From positions 1,416 through 65,415 of the IMG/VR virus record IMGVR_UViG_3300021961_000085: DNA of 64,000 nt, one strand, 5' to 3'. The number at the start of each line of letters is the position of its first letter. The stretch's first letter is position 1. The notes below the pieces were generated by a model. That model worked only from the letters and a program-made list of their open reading frames with translations, was not told where the DNA came from and ran no database searches. The stretch comes from a virus (taxonomy: Duplodnaviria > Caudoviricetes). Below, piece after piece: positions 31,242 through 40,525 of the stretch. The translations under genes and the position numbers were made by a program.

Positions 31242-32938
31242 TATCCGTCGCAGCTCATACAGGTTTCGTCTGTAGCACTTTTGGCTATGTCTCCTCGTAG
31301 TACTGATTCGGTTCGCATATAGTACAAAGTTTTTATTCCCTTCTTCCAGGCTTCCATATGAACTTTGTTGATCCATTTTGGAGATGCCTCGTTTGGAAAT
31401 GCTAGATTTAAACTAACGCTTTGGTCTATGTATTGCTGTCGTATACCAGCTTGATTGACTAACTCCAATTGATTAATCTCTTTAAAAGTTTTAAATACAT
31501 CTTTCTCATCGCTAGTTAAAAAATCTAAGTCTTGAACTGAGCCACCATCGCGAAGTATTTTATCCCACGTTTCTTTGTTGTTTCTACCTTTTTCGTCTAG
31601 TAGTTTCTCTAGCGTAGGGTTCTTTCTAATGAACGTACCTTTTGCAGATTGTTCTGTGAATACGTTAGCAGCCCAAGGCTCAATTCCAGGTGATACGTTA
31701 CCTGATAATTTACTATTACTAACTGTTGGTGCGATAGATCTTAAATGCGTGTTACGCATACCGCTACCAGCGCACCATAATGGTTCGCCAAATATCTCGG
31801 CGAGATCCATACTAGCTCTTTCAGATTCAATCTTTATTTGAGAGAATATCTTACGCGTTTCATACTGTGCAAATAATCCTTCAAATGGTATCATTTTTTC
31901 TTGAAGATACGTATGCCAGCCTAAAACTCCAAGTCCAAGCGCTCTGCCTTTCTCAGCAGATCTTACAGCATTGGCAAATCCAACTTTACCTTTTGCTTTC
32001 TGAATAAACTCTTCAAGCACACCATCTAGAAACCATATTGAATCATAGATAATGTTAGTGTCTTTCCATTCGTCGTATTTCGCTAGATTTAAAGATGATA
32101 AACAACAAACAAAACTATGAGACTCATCTGTGTGTAGTACAATCTCACTGCATATGTTTGTCATATGTACTTTTAATCCATTGTTTTTATACGCTGCTGG
32201 ATTTGCTTTGTTAGTGTTTCCCTTAAATAATATATAAGGCTCTCCAGTTGCTTTTCGTTTTCTGATAAGCTTACTCCATTTAGATCTTGCATGCTCATCT
32301 CCTTGTTCAAGCTTTCGCATAAACTTATCACCAACAACTGCGCATTGATGTAAGTTAAGGCTTTGTCTGTTAACATCTCCTTTAGGTTCTCGTATTTCAA
32401 GCCACTCTTCGAAATCATCGTGGTCAATGTTGATATTAACTGAAGCAGCTCCGCGTCGAACAGCTCCTTGGTTGGTTGCAAGGATTGTTGAATCATAGAT
32501 CTTGCAGAAGGGTACGACTCCGTCTGATGTTCCATTTTGTTTTATTTTACTGCCGGCGGGTCTGATCATGTTAACTCCGATACCAACTCCACCGCCGTGC
32601 TTTGCGAGTAGCATCATCTCTAAATTTTTATTTCCTATCTCGTATATACTATCTCCGACATCTATGCCAAAGCAACTAATTGGTAAACCACGTTCTGTGC
32701 CTGTATTAGACAACACAGGGGACGCTAAACACAACCAACCTTTCCATATATACTCATAAAAAGTTTCGGTCAATTCTGGACGCCCTAGACGCATGGCTAC
32801 AGTTTTACAGACGCGCATATACGCATCAGCTGGAGACTCACCTTCAAGTAAGTATTGCCCACCAATTGTTTTTTTGTATATTTCGTTGTCACCCCATTCA
32901 GGGTAATCAACACCTCTTATCCATTGTTCATTCCACAT
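31241..32938 (-). CDS. nrdA: Ribonucleotide reductase class I alpha subunit, no ATP cone
   Basis: ISCF, TNICSEI, CCLSSLNL, IAPT, TLYYMR and C-terminal CMSCDG. Confidence 0.93.
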   Translation of the reverse strand: MWNEQWIRGVDYPEWGDNEIYKKTIGGQYLLEGESPADAYMRVCKTVAMRLGRPELTETFYEYIWKGWLCLASPVLSNTGTERGLPISCFGIDVGDSIYEIGNKNLEMMLLAKHGGGVGIGVNMIRPAGSKIKQNGTSDGVVPFCKIYDSTILATNQGAVRRGAASVNINIDHDDFEEWLEIREPKGDVNRQSLNLHQCAVVGDKFMRKLEQGDEHARSKWSKLIRKRKATGEPYILFKGNTNKANPAAYKNNGLKVHMTNICSEIVLHTDESHSFVCCLSSLNLAKYDEWKDTNIIYDSIWFLDGVLEEFIQKAKGKVGFANAVRSAEKGRALGLGVLGWHTYLQEKMIPFEGLFAQYETRKIFSQIKIESERASMDLAEIFGEPLWCAGSGMRNTHLRSIAPTVSNSKLSGNVSPGIEPWAANVFTEQSAKGTFIRKNPTLEKLLDEKGRNNKETWDKILRDGGSVQDLDFLTSDEKDVFKTFKEINQLELVNQAGIRQQYIDQSVSLNLAFPNEASPKWINKVHMEAWKKGIKTLYYMRTESVLRGDIAKSATDETCMSCDG

Positions 32939-32941
32939 ATT

Positions 32942-33190
32942 TTAAAATAATAAATGATTAAGCCAAGCTAATAATCCGTTGATATAAAGTGCTACTAAGT
33001 TCCATTGTCTACGCGCTACAACTTGAGTTATGACTAAGACAAATCCTATGACAAACATCGTTGGGTGTAGTGTCCACTGCCCTGCTATTAGAAAGCCAGT
33101 ACCCATATATCCTAGTCGTCTTGCTAGTCTTTGAAATGGCGATAAGCCTTTTTCGTCTAGCAGTTTTTTAATCCATGTCTTCCCTACCAT
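32942..33190 (-). CDS. Small membrane protein between nrdB and nrdA
   Basis: 82 aa with about three hydrophobic segments; fills the gap and overlaps the nrdB stop. Confidence 0.6.
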   Translation of the reverse strand: MVGKTWIKKLLDEKGLSPFQRLARRLGYMGTGFLIAGQWTLHPTMFVIGFVLVITQVVARRQWNLVALYINGLLAWLNHLLF

Positions 33191-34143
33191 ATATCCTCAA
33201 AATCCTCTCCTTCGTTAGCTTTCGAATAATCTGTCGGCCGCATTGCGAAAAAATCAGTATGAGTGTGCCCGCCGGTAAGATGATAGAACCAATCAAGATT
33301 ATTTGCTGCCTCCTCGTCAAATCCGAAAACCTCAATATAACCGAGTTCATTAATTTTTTCATTTGCTCTTTTTCTTATAAACTGTTTTAAATCGTAAGAC
33401 TTTAAGTTCTCGATGTCACCCATCTCAAACATTTTATCAATATACTTCTCCTCTAGATCAACCATAGTTCTTGCTGCTTCAATTACATCTTCCCTACATT
33501 GATCTTTAAGTCCTGGTATTTCAGCGCACATGTGATTAAATAGTCTGCAACCCATTTTACTATGTAATGATTCGTCGCGTACAGACCATTTCATTTGTTG
33601 CCCAATACCTTTTAGTTTATTTCGCAGTTGAAAGCTGTACAAAACTGCAAACGCAGAATATAGTGAAACTCCTTCTGCAAATGCACTAAATATAGCCAAT
33701 GATCTACCAATACCAATTGGGTCATTGCCATTATATGCAACTAGGTTTTCAAATCGTTCTGCAGTTGCTGGTTCATGTAAAAAAGCTTCAAAGTTTTCAA
33801 GACCTAGAGTTTCATTTAAGTAACTATATGCTACTGCATGTATTGTCTCTTGACTACCAAACATCATGGCCATTTGTTGTATCTCGTGTTTTGGAAACCA
33901 CTTGACAACCTTCTGAGTCCAATAGTCTGATACTGCGCACTCTGTCTGAGCAAAACCTAGCAGGATGTTTCCTACTAGGTTCTTTTCATTTTGAGTTAAG
34001 TTTTCATTCCAGTCTTTGACATCGCCTTGCATTGGTATTTCTGTATGCAACCAAAATGCTTGTGCTTGTTTTAACCAGCCTTCAGTATAGTACTCTGGAT
34101 ATTCAAATGGTTTATATGGCAACCTTTGTTTAAATAAACTCAT
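33184..34143 (-). CDS. nrdB: Ribonucleotide reductase class I beta subunit
   Basis: Ferritin-like ligands QTE68, E99TIH102AVAY106, AEGV, DESLH; C-terminal TDFFAMRPTDY. Confidence 0.92.
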   Translation of the reverse strand: MSLFKQRLPYKPFEYPEYYTEGWLKQAQAFWLHTEIPMQGDVKDWNENLTQNEKNLVGNILLGFAQTECAVSDYWTQKVVKWFPKHEIQQMAMMFGSQETIHAVAYSYLNETLGLENFEAFLHEPATAERFENLVAYNGNDPIGIGRSLAIFSAFAEGVSLYSAFAVLYSFQLRNKLKGIGQQMKWSVRDESLHSKMGCRLFNHMCAEIPGLKDQCREDVIEAARTMVDLEEKYIDKMFEMGDIENLKSYDLKQFIRKRANEKINELGYIEVFGFDEEAANNLDWFYHLTGGHTHTDFFAMRPTDYSKANEGEDFEDIW

Positions 34144-34274
34144 CGTCCTTGTCCTTTGTATTTTTTAATATAGTTTGTACTTCCTTTTATCCTTGATGTT
34201 TTTGTTTTAGCGTGGACACCAGGTCTTTTTATTTTTACACGCTTGTGATTAGAATTTAAACTTAATCCTTTCAT
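34140..34274 (-). CDS. Small basic protein (not in track)
   Basis: MKGLSLNSNHKRVKIKRPGVHAKTKTSRIKGSTNYIKKYKGQGR*; ATGA overlap with nrdB. Confidence 0.7.
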   Translation of the reverse strand: MKGLSLNSNHKRVKIKRPGVHAKTKTSRIKGSTNYIKKYKGQGR

Positions 34275-34423
34275 TATTCTTCTTCTAAATCTTTTTCGAT
34301 TTCAAAAGCAAAGTCTACAAAAGGCAAGTATAAAACTGTTACTGATCTTTGATCTTCACTGTATGTTCTAATTCCCAATAATATTCCTGGGTAAAACCCA
34401 ATACTAATACTCCATTTTTTCAT
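34274..34423 (-). CDS. Small hypothetical protein (not in track)
   Basis: MKKWSISIGFYPGILLGIRTY...EEE*; coupled on both sides. Confidence 0.65.
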   Translation of the reverse strand: MKKWSISIGFYPGILLGIRTYSEDQRSVTVLYLPFVDFAFEIEKDLEEE

Positions 34424-34581
34424 AATTTATATTTTTTACATTGTTCTAATAATTCTTTAAATGGTATATGCCCGAAGTTTTCCCAGCGCCATTTAATCCA
34501 TTTGTCTAATCGCCTTTCAGCGTACTTTTGTCGAGCTAACTGTTTCTGTTGCTCAATATTAAGCTTACTACTTGATCGCAT
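34420..34581 (-). CDS. Small hypothetical protein (not in track)
   Basis: MRSSSKLNIEQQKQLARQKYAERRLDKWIKWRW...YKL*; ATGA overlap with next gene. Confidence 0.55.
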   Translation of the reverse strand: MRSSSKLNIEQQKQLARQKYAERRLDKWIKWRWENFGHIPFKELLEQCKKYKL

Positions 34582-34988
34582 TCCTTTTGATTTTGAGGTT
34601 TATACAACGTGTAAGGACCTAACTTTCTTTCTTTGATTAATCGTTTGAAGAGTTTCCATCTCAGTGGGAAGGACTCGTTTGCCCTACCTTTGCATTCAAT
34701 TACAAAGCCTTTACCAATAAAATCCGGCGTGTACTTTATATTTAATACTTTAGTTTTACCTCTGTCTTTAAATTCTCCTTTACCATTGCCACATCTTTCA
34801 TAGCATTCAAATGGAAAATAAAATCCTTCAGACAATTCAAACGTTTCTCCTTCATACAAGGCATCAATGCCTGCGTCTTTCAGAGCAGTATACATATACT
34901 TCTCAAGGCCAGACGCAAACTGAATGCCATCATGTATTACTTTTTTAGATATTACAGGTCCTTTTGTTTTCCTACTACGAGTCTTCAT
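34536..34988 (-). CDS. T7 endonuclease I-like PD-(D/E)XK Holliday junction resolvase
   Basis: FASGLE, YE, YTPDF, VIECKG. Confidence 0.8.
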   Translation of the reverse strand: MKTRSRKTKGPVISKKVIHDGIQFASGLEKYMYTALKDAGIDALYEGETFELSEGFYFPFECYERCGNGKGEFKDRGKTKVLNIKYTPDFIGKGFVIECKGRANESFPLRWKLFKRLIKERKLGPYTLYKPQNQKECDQVVSLILSNRNS

Positions 34989-35271
34989 ACTCAGAGTATT
35001 GTTGATCTGCGAATGGATCCATGCGTTTTAACATGGCTTCTTCTATCTCTATCTGTAAGCACCTCTTTGCAGACTCAAGATACAATAAAGCATCCATTAG
35101 TTCTTCTTGTACGTCAACGATAAAAGCATTTAAATCTTTTTCTCCATTCATTACTTCTTCAATCATTGCCTTGCCGTACTTTTTCATGCCAACTTCACTG
35201 CGTGCATCGATCTTCTTGATTACATCTTGAACGATCGTGTCTGTTGTTTTAATTCTATAATCACTTTTCAT
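34975..35271 (-). CDS. All-alpha NTP pyrophosphohydrolase-like protein
   Basis: GMKKYG...QEELMDALLYL. Confidence 0.5.
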   Translation of the reverse strand: MKSDYRIKTTDTIVQDVIKKIDARSEVGMKKYGKAMIEEVMNGEKDLNAFIVDVQEELMDALLYLESAKRCLQIEIEEAMLKRMDPFADQQYSEYEDS

Positions 35272-36040
35272 CTTTCACAAATGTTCCGTTAATCATTTTA
35301 CCTGTACGTTGCTTTATCACGTTGTAAGCTGCTTCAATACAGTTTTCTATAGTCGTGTCTTCTAAGTGTGCTAGGTTTGTTAATACTACTATCATATCTC
35401 CAATAGCATCTATTGTTTCAATACGATCTTTATTTAGCAATGCTTTGCCTAACTCTCCAAACTCTTCAGATAGTTTTAAATACTGCGTTTTTGAGTCTCC
35501 TTTTTCGTATATACCACGCTCTTGAGCCCAATCTCTTATGGCAGGAAACAATGTACCATACTTAAAGTCTTCAATTTCTTTTACTGGTTTTTCATCGTTT
35601 AAGAACTCCTCGGCATATGCTTTGTTGTATATGTAACAACGCTCGTTTGTATACGATGAAGCTCTTGCATTTTCTAATATCCATTGAATCGTATTTGCTG
35701 TTACTTCAAACTGTCCTAGAGGTGTTTGCCATTTATGATTGGTATTATCCATTAACTGACCTTTTAGTTTGTTTAATGGACATGGGAATGTGGATGTTTG
35801 GTCTGTTACGTTTATTCTCATTATTCTTTTTACTAGTTGTTTATAGGTTATTATGTCTTTTTCGTAGCCGTATGCTTGTTGATATTCTGCTTCTAGCTCA
35901 GATATAGAATTAAGACTATTTGATTGCGCTAGTATTTCATACTCGCCTTCTCTATAGCCTTGTCTTTTTATCAATCTATGCTGTATATCTTTTGTCACAC
36001 CGATCTTTTTTCCTGGTATATGATATAAGTAGTACGTCAT
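35261..36040 (-). CDS. GIY-YIG-like N-terminal domain fused to MazG-like pyrophosphohydrolase
   Basis: YYLYHIPGKKIGVTKDIQHR; KLSEEFGEL...DAIGDMIVVLTNLA. Confidence 0.75.
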   Translation of the reverse strand: MTYYLYHIPGKKIGVTKDIQHRLIKRQGYREGEYEILAQSNSLNSISELEAEYQQAYGYEKDIITYKQLVKRIMRINVTDQTSTFPCPLNKLKGQLMDNTNHKWQTPLGQFEVTANTIQWILENARASSYTNERCYIYNKAYAEEFLNDEKPVKEIEDFKYGTLFPAIRDWAQERGIYEKGDSKTQYLKLSEEFGELGKALLNKDRIETIDAIGDMIVVLTNLAHLEDTTIENCIEAAYNVIKQRTGKMINGTFVKDEK

Positions 36041-36678
36041 ATCTTGTCTTTATACAAATGCATGTTATGTGCATGATGATAATACCAACCTGTTTCAAGA
36101 TGTATCTCATCAGCGACTAGTTTTTGCAAATTACTAAACTGATATTGGTCATTACAAAAGCCGTACCATAAGTCATTAGATCTCATATATACAGACATGT
36201 TTAATTTTTTGTCTAAAATAGTAAACTGAACTGCATACGTGCATGGCGTATCGTGTTTATATTGATCTATTTCTTTACCGTCATATATACTGATTGCCGC
36301 ATGCCTAGTATTAGGATTTGCCTTCAGCTTTTTAATGACTTCGTATAGTTGATGGTTGCGTTTCCATTGCCAACCATAGTTAGAATTTACTTCGCGGTCA
36401 TGGTTTGCCATACGTTCCCATATTTCAGGTATCTTGCCGTATATCTTTCCTAACTTGTCGATACTTTTATCTCCTGTTAGATACCATTTCCATTCTGCTT
36501 CTGCATACTCTTTGCTCCATTTCCTAAAGCCTGATTTTATATTGTTAGATTTTGGATCACTAATATAAAAACCTACATTGAATAAAGCTTTAGTATTATC
36601 AAACTCCTGGCCTTTGTCTTTGATTGTAATGTAGAAATAATCAAAGGCTTCACTGGCGTTTTTAAATCTTGTCCGCAT
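36037..36678 (-). CDS. Thymidylate-synthase-fold enzyme, dCMP (hydroxy)methylase type
   Basis: DTPCT catalytic Cys, MRSNDLWYGFCND with Asp at the specificity position, HNMHLY. Confidence 0.8.
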   Translation of the reverse strand: MRTRFKNASEAFDYFYITIKDKGQEFDNTKALFNVGFYISDPKSNNIKSGFRKWSKEYAEAEWKWYLTGDKSIDKLGKIYGKIPEIWERMANHDREVNSNYGWQWKRNHQLYEVIKKLKANPNTRHAAISIYDGKEIDQYKHDTPCTYAVQFTILDKKLNMSVYMRSNDLWYGFCNDQYQFSNLQKLVADEIHLETGWYYHHAHNMHLYKDKI

Positions 36679-36931
36679 ATTTTTTATAATAATACATTCT
36701 GTATTCTGCTAATTTCTTTTGATACTCTGGATGAGGATATGAATCTGGAGATACGCCTAGTAATTTGCGTGGATGCTTATGACCTTTTTCAATATCAATA
36801 AACCATCTTGGCACACCATATTCAGCTTGCCTTGCTGTAATACATATTCCATTTATAACACACCATTCAGAAGCTTTTAGTTCTTCAGCCGTCATTGTGT
36901 AGTCTGGCTTTTTGTTCTTTTTTACTCCCAT
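36662..36931 (-). CDS. Hypothetical protein
   Basis: Overlaps both neighbours in the operon. Confidence 0.6.
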   Translation of the reverse strand: MGVKKNKKPDYTMTAEELKASEWCVINGICITARQAEYGVPRWFIDIEKGHKHPRKLLGVSPDSYPHPEYQKKLAEYRMYYYKKYADKI

Positions 36932-38637
36932 GGTAGAGCCTCCTCATTTTTAATGGTATCAACGCTTGGCACAAATCTTCCAGACTTAGGCTCCCATGTG
37001 AAGTAAGCTTCAGCTCCATTCTCACCTAAGTTTTGGAATTTAACTTTTAATACTTTAACTTTTGTAGTCTTAGCTTCGTAGTCCCTATGCACTAACAAGC
37101 CGTGATAACTAGCGTCATACCATTCACCACCGCCTTTAATATTATACATTGTAGGTTCTTCGATTTTACCATCTCTATCTTTTAACATCTTAGTTGGATG
37201 AGCCACGATAAATACTAGTGCATCGTATTTCTTTGCAAACGTTTCGATCTTCATTAAGTAATCCATAGTATAACGGTTCACATCATCAGATGCTGCGTTG
37301 ATGTCTCTTACTTTATTGTAAGGATCTATAACTAAGCATTTAATACCCTTGCGTTTAACTAATTCAGCACCTTTTCTAAGGACTGAGTCAAGGTCATATT
37401 TATCCATATCAATGAAAAAGAAATTATCATTGACGTGCTCTGCAACCTGTGTCCATTTGCTACCGCCAATGTCATTTGGACTTGGCATATCTCCCCATAC
37501 TTTTCGCATTAACTTATGTGCGTGCAAATATGTAGGCTGATTTTCTGGTGATGCAAATGCTGCTTTCCATCCATACTTTTGGTTGTAACCAACCACCATC
37601 TGATCAACAAAATCTGACTTACCTGAAGAAGGTATGCCTGTGACTGTTATAAATTGACCTGTGTATGTTGAGAATATATTGTCGAAGTTATGCAATCCTA
37701 CTTGAAAGCCAGGCTTGAAGCCGTGCCTAACAAAGTCTGTGACTTCTGATTCTATATCTTTAAACGTTGTTACATTCTCTAATGGATATGGTCGAGCTTT
37801 TAATATACAATCGTTAAGTTTTTTAGTGCCATACTTAAGCAAGTATTCGTTTGCGTCTTTGCAATCATCAAAGTCAACTAAGAAACAAGTCTCAGCTCCA
37901 AGCCTACGTACAAACTCTTGTTGCAGCATTTGGCCTGGCTCGTCCTTGTCTAATGCTAGGATTATTCTTTCTTTATCTTCAAAATAATCGATGCAATTGT
38001 CTAGATAATCTAGGTTGTTATTTGTCAGTGTTGCACCATTAGGTACGGATATAGCGTTCTTGATTCCTGCTTCATGTAACGCCAATACATCCATTTCGCC
38101 TTCGGTTATAATGCAATTGTCATACCCGATTATACTGTTGATATTGTAAAATACTTTTTCAGCTCCTTTGTATAGCTTGAAATTTTTACGACCATCTCTA
38201 TACTTAACATTTATGAGTTGATCGCCCATCCAATAATTAAAATTGATGGTATTCTCGGTTTTGCCGGTTTGCGGCATGAACTCAGAACTCTCAGTGACTT
38301 TTAAATCATTGAGAGTTTTCTGAGATATGCCTCTTGTTTCAAACCATTCAACTACTTTGGTACTAGCTTGCTTGATTAACTGTTCGTTTATTTGAGGACG
38401 AACATATACTCTTTCGCTAGAACCTTTACGTTGATACGTGTGTAGTTGAAACGTGGTGTTACAGTTGTGACAAGTTCCGAGACCCCGTTCCCAATCATAA
38501 GACGCGCATTGTGCATTCTTATTTTTAGGTTGCCTATCGTGTGAACAAAGCGGGCAAATGCCCTGGTTTTTCTTTGTGTCTAGGCCGTACTGATTGAATT
38601 CATCAATCAAAAATCCATTGATCTCTGTTGCCTGCAT
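36922..38637 (-). CDS. Primase-helicase (T7 gp4 / Twinkle type)
   Basis: CPLC...CHNC zinc finger, TOPRIM ITEGEMD / LALDKD / KDANEYL, Walker A GIPSSGKS, VIDP, VAHP. Confidence 0.92.
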   Translation of the reverse strand: MQATEINGFLIDEFNQYGLDTKKNQGICPLCSHDRQPKNKNAQCASYDWERGLGTCHNCNTTFQLHTYQRKGSSERVYVRPQINEQLIKQASTKVVEWFETRGISQKTLNDLKVTESSEFMPQTGKTENTINFNYWMGDQLINVKYRDGRKNFKLYKGAEKVFYNINSIIGYDNCIITEGEMDVLALHEAGIKNAISVPNGATLTNNNLDYLDNCIDYFEDKERIILALDKDEPGQMLQQEFVRRLGAETCFLVDFDDCKDANEYLLKYGTKKLNDCILKARPYPLENVTTFKDIESEVTDFVRHGFKPGFQVGLHNFDNIFSTYTGQFITVTGIPSSGKSDFVDQMVVGYNQKYGWKAAFASPENQPTYLHAHKLMRKVWGDMPSPNDIGGSKWTQVAEHVNDNFFFIDMDKYDLDSVLRKGAELVKRKGIKCLVIDPYNKVRDINAASDDVNRYTMDYLMKIETFAKKYDALVFIVAHPTKMLKDRDGKIEEPTMYNIKGGGEWYDASYHGLLVHRDYEAKTTKVKVLKVKFQNLGENGAEAYFTWEPKSGRFVPSVDTIKNEEALPWE

Positions 38638-38651
38638 TTAATTTAACTGTA

Positions 38652-38972
38652 TTAAAATGGTAGATCATCGTCCACCATCGAGACTGCTTGAGGAGGCGCC
38701 GTCATCATTGCGTCTCCAGCGTCACGTGGTGCTGCATCTACATTGTTTCCATTGGTCCACACAACCTTAACGTTGCCAAGGTAAATCTTGTCTGATTTAG
38801 CTTCGCGTTCTTCTTTAGATTGTTGAACTGTTACTGGTCCGTTGTTTCCAAAGTTGTCTAACTCATCATTGATTGTAATCGTGATGGGTAGATACTTACC
38901 CTTTTTTCCATTAATGACCTTGTCTTTTGGGATTTTAGTAAGGTCAATACTTGTTGCAATAATACTAGCCAT
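38652..38972 (-). CDS. Putative single-stranded DNA-binding protein
   Basis: Beta-rich 106 aa with acidic SSB-type tail DDDLPF. Confidence 0.65.
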   Translation of the reverse strand: MASIIATSIDLTKIPKDKVINGKKGKYLPITITINDELDNFGNNGPVTVQQSKEEREAKSDKIYLGNVKVVWTNGNNVDAAPRDAGDAMMTAPPQAVSMVDDDLPF

Positions 38973-39159
38973 TTGTTACTTGTTCTAATTGATTAAACAT
39001 TCGAATAAGCTGTTTTTTAGTAGCGCCTGTGTTGCGCCGCAGATTGTCTACAGCTTTCAAATGATTTTGATTTTTGTAAAACTCTGTAGCTGGTGCTTTA
39101 ATACCTGTTACTGAGCATGTTCTTGTTACTGGTTTTTTGGTTCTTTTAAATTTAATCAT
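38965..39159 (-). CDS. Small basic hypothetical protein
   Basis: 64 aa, directly downstream of a class-1 motif. Confidence 0.6.
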   Translation of the reverse strand: MIKFKRTKKPVTRTCSVTGIKAPATEFYKNQNHLKAVDNLRRNTGATKKQLIRMFNQLEQVTNG

Positions 39160-39166
39160 ACTGTTT

Positions 39167-39196
39167 TAATATCAAATTGGTTTTGTAGTTTGTTTG
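39167..39196 (-). promoter_or_regulatory. Class-1 promoter-like motif, degenerate copy
   Basis: CAA-N8-CAA-N8-TGATATTA. Confidence 0.5.
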
Positions 39197-39928
39197 TCAA
39201 AGAGTTTTGTTTATAAAGTATTGAGATGGATCAAAGTTTTCTGTTTTGTAAAATAAATCATAAACCTCTGATGCTCTTTTAACTTTCTTTGCCCCTCTTT
39301 CGTAAAAATCTGTCGAACAATCGAACAGTCCTAACTGATGGGTATTTTTGTCTATAACTATAAATATCATTTCATAACCAAATAGCTTGCTATATATGTA
39401 TGCTTGACTGTCATAGTTATATTTCCAAGCAGAATTTTTAAAGGCGTCAATATCACTTGTTGTTTTAAGATCTATTATAAGACCTTCACTGTGGTTTATT
39501 ATATCTGCTTTGCCTTTCCAAAGATTGCCTTCAATCTCTTTAACGCCAGGTTCTTCGTATGTTACATCTCCATTTTTTATGAGATCACTACATATTTTAT
39601 TGCTCAATATTCTATCTGTTAGCAATTCTATGTTATCGACCTCTTGCTGCAGTAGACATAACTCTCCACCTGACATCTCTTTATAAGCCTTCGTGTTTCT
39701 AGAGGTAGACTGTATCACTTTGTATTTCTTAAGCTTGTGCGGCTCAAGTATTGCAGTGTGAAAATATCCACCAACTAGAAACGCTGATGTTGGCTTGCTA
39801 GACTCACCTAGCGCTAAAGGATTACTGAGTAATGTTTTGATGTCACTATTACTTAGATATTGTTTTCCATATTCTCCATAGTAGTTTTCATCATCACGTA
39901 GCTTGTTTATTACTTCTTGTTTATCCAT
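39197..39928 (-). CDS. RecE / exonuclease VIII-like PD-(D/E)XK exonuclease
   Basis: YLSNSDIK, GGYFHTAILEP, KGKADII, IIDLKTT, YDSQAYIY. Confidence 0.85.
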   Translation of the reverse strand: MDKQEVINKLRDDENYYGEYGKQYLSNSDIKTLLSNPLALGESSKPTSAFLVGGYFHTAILEPHKLKKYKVIQSTSRNTKAYKEMSGGELCLLQQEVDNIELLTDRILSNKICSDLIKNGDVTYEEPGVKEIEGNLWKGKADIINHSEGLIIDLKTTSDIDAFKNSAWKYNYDSQAYIYSKLFGYEMIFIVIDKNTHQLGLFDCSTDFYERGAKKVKRASEVYDLFYKTENFDPSQYFINKTL

Positions 39929-40475
39929 TTAATTTTTTGAGAGCAAGTTCTTGACCACTAGTCAATTTGTACTTTGCTCTAATTGAATCCATAGATCCTC
40001 CAGAACTGATATACTTTTTTGCTTTTTCAAGCGCAGCATCTGTCATTTCAAGCTTATCCTCACTGGATTTTCCATGATTGTTTGTTGCGTCAGAGTCTTG
40101 CGTGTCATCTATTAGAAATAAATTACCTAATGCATATTTCTTTCCATAGCTAGACGCAGCTCCGTATTGTTGAGGAACTTGCATTCCTTTTTGATTCAAG
40201 TCTACTCCAACTATAGCTTGAGCTGTTATGCTAAAGTCTCCATCATTTAAAGAGGCCACTGTCTTTATTATTGGTTGATTACTATCACTGATTAACTCTT
40301 CGTTTATTGTGACTGTTACTCCAAGCTCTTTTAAAAAGGGTTTAACTGCTTCAAGGATGTCTTCGGCCGCTCTGAAATAATACTTGCCGAATGAATTGAA
40401 TCTAGATTTTTTAGACTTAAACCTAGTTTGAATCTCTATTAATTTTTGGTTTAAATTTAGGTCTGTTGGTTTCAT
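39921..40475 (-). CDS. ERF-family single-strand annealing protein
   Basis: FNSFGKYYFRAAEDILEAVKP; QQYGAASSYGKKYALGNLFLIDD. Confidence 0.88.
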   Translation of the reverse strand: MKPTDLNLNQKLIEIQTRFKSKKSRFNSFGKYYFRAAEDILEAVKPFLKELGVTVTINEELISDSNQPIIKTVASLNDGDFSITAQAIVGVDLNQKGMQVPQQYGAASSYGKKYALGNLFLIDDTQDSDATNNHGKSSEDKLEMTDAALEKAKKYISSGGSMDSIRAKYKLTSGQELALKKLNG

Positions 40476-40491
40476 GGTTGGTTATATATAT

Positions 40492-40516
40492 AATTACACA
40501 TAATTTAATTTATTTA
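40492..40516 (-). promoter_or_regulatory. Class-2 promoter-like motif
   Basis: TAAATA-N13-GTAATT upstream of the ERF gene. Confidence 0.5.
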
Positions 40517-40525
40517 ATGTTCAAC

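Noticed and set aside
942-38637. Introns or inteins in terL, nrdA, nrdB or primase-helicase
   Set aside because: Proteins are uninterrupted and of compact length, with no splice-junction or homing-endonuclease motifs noticed
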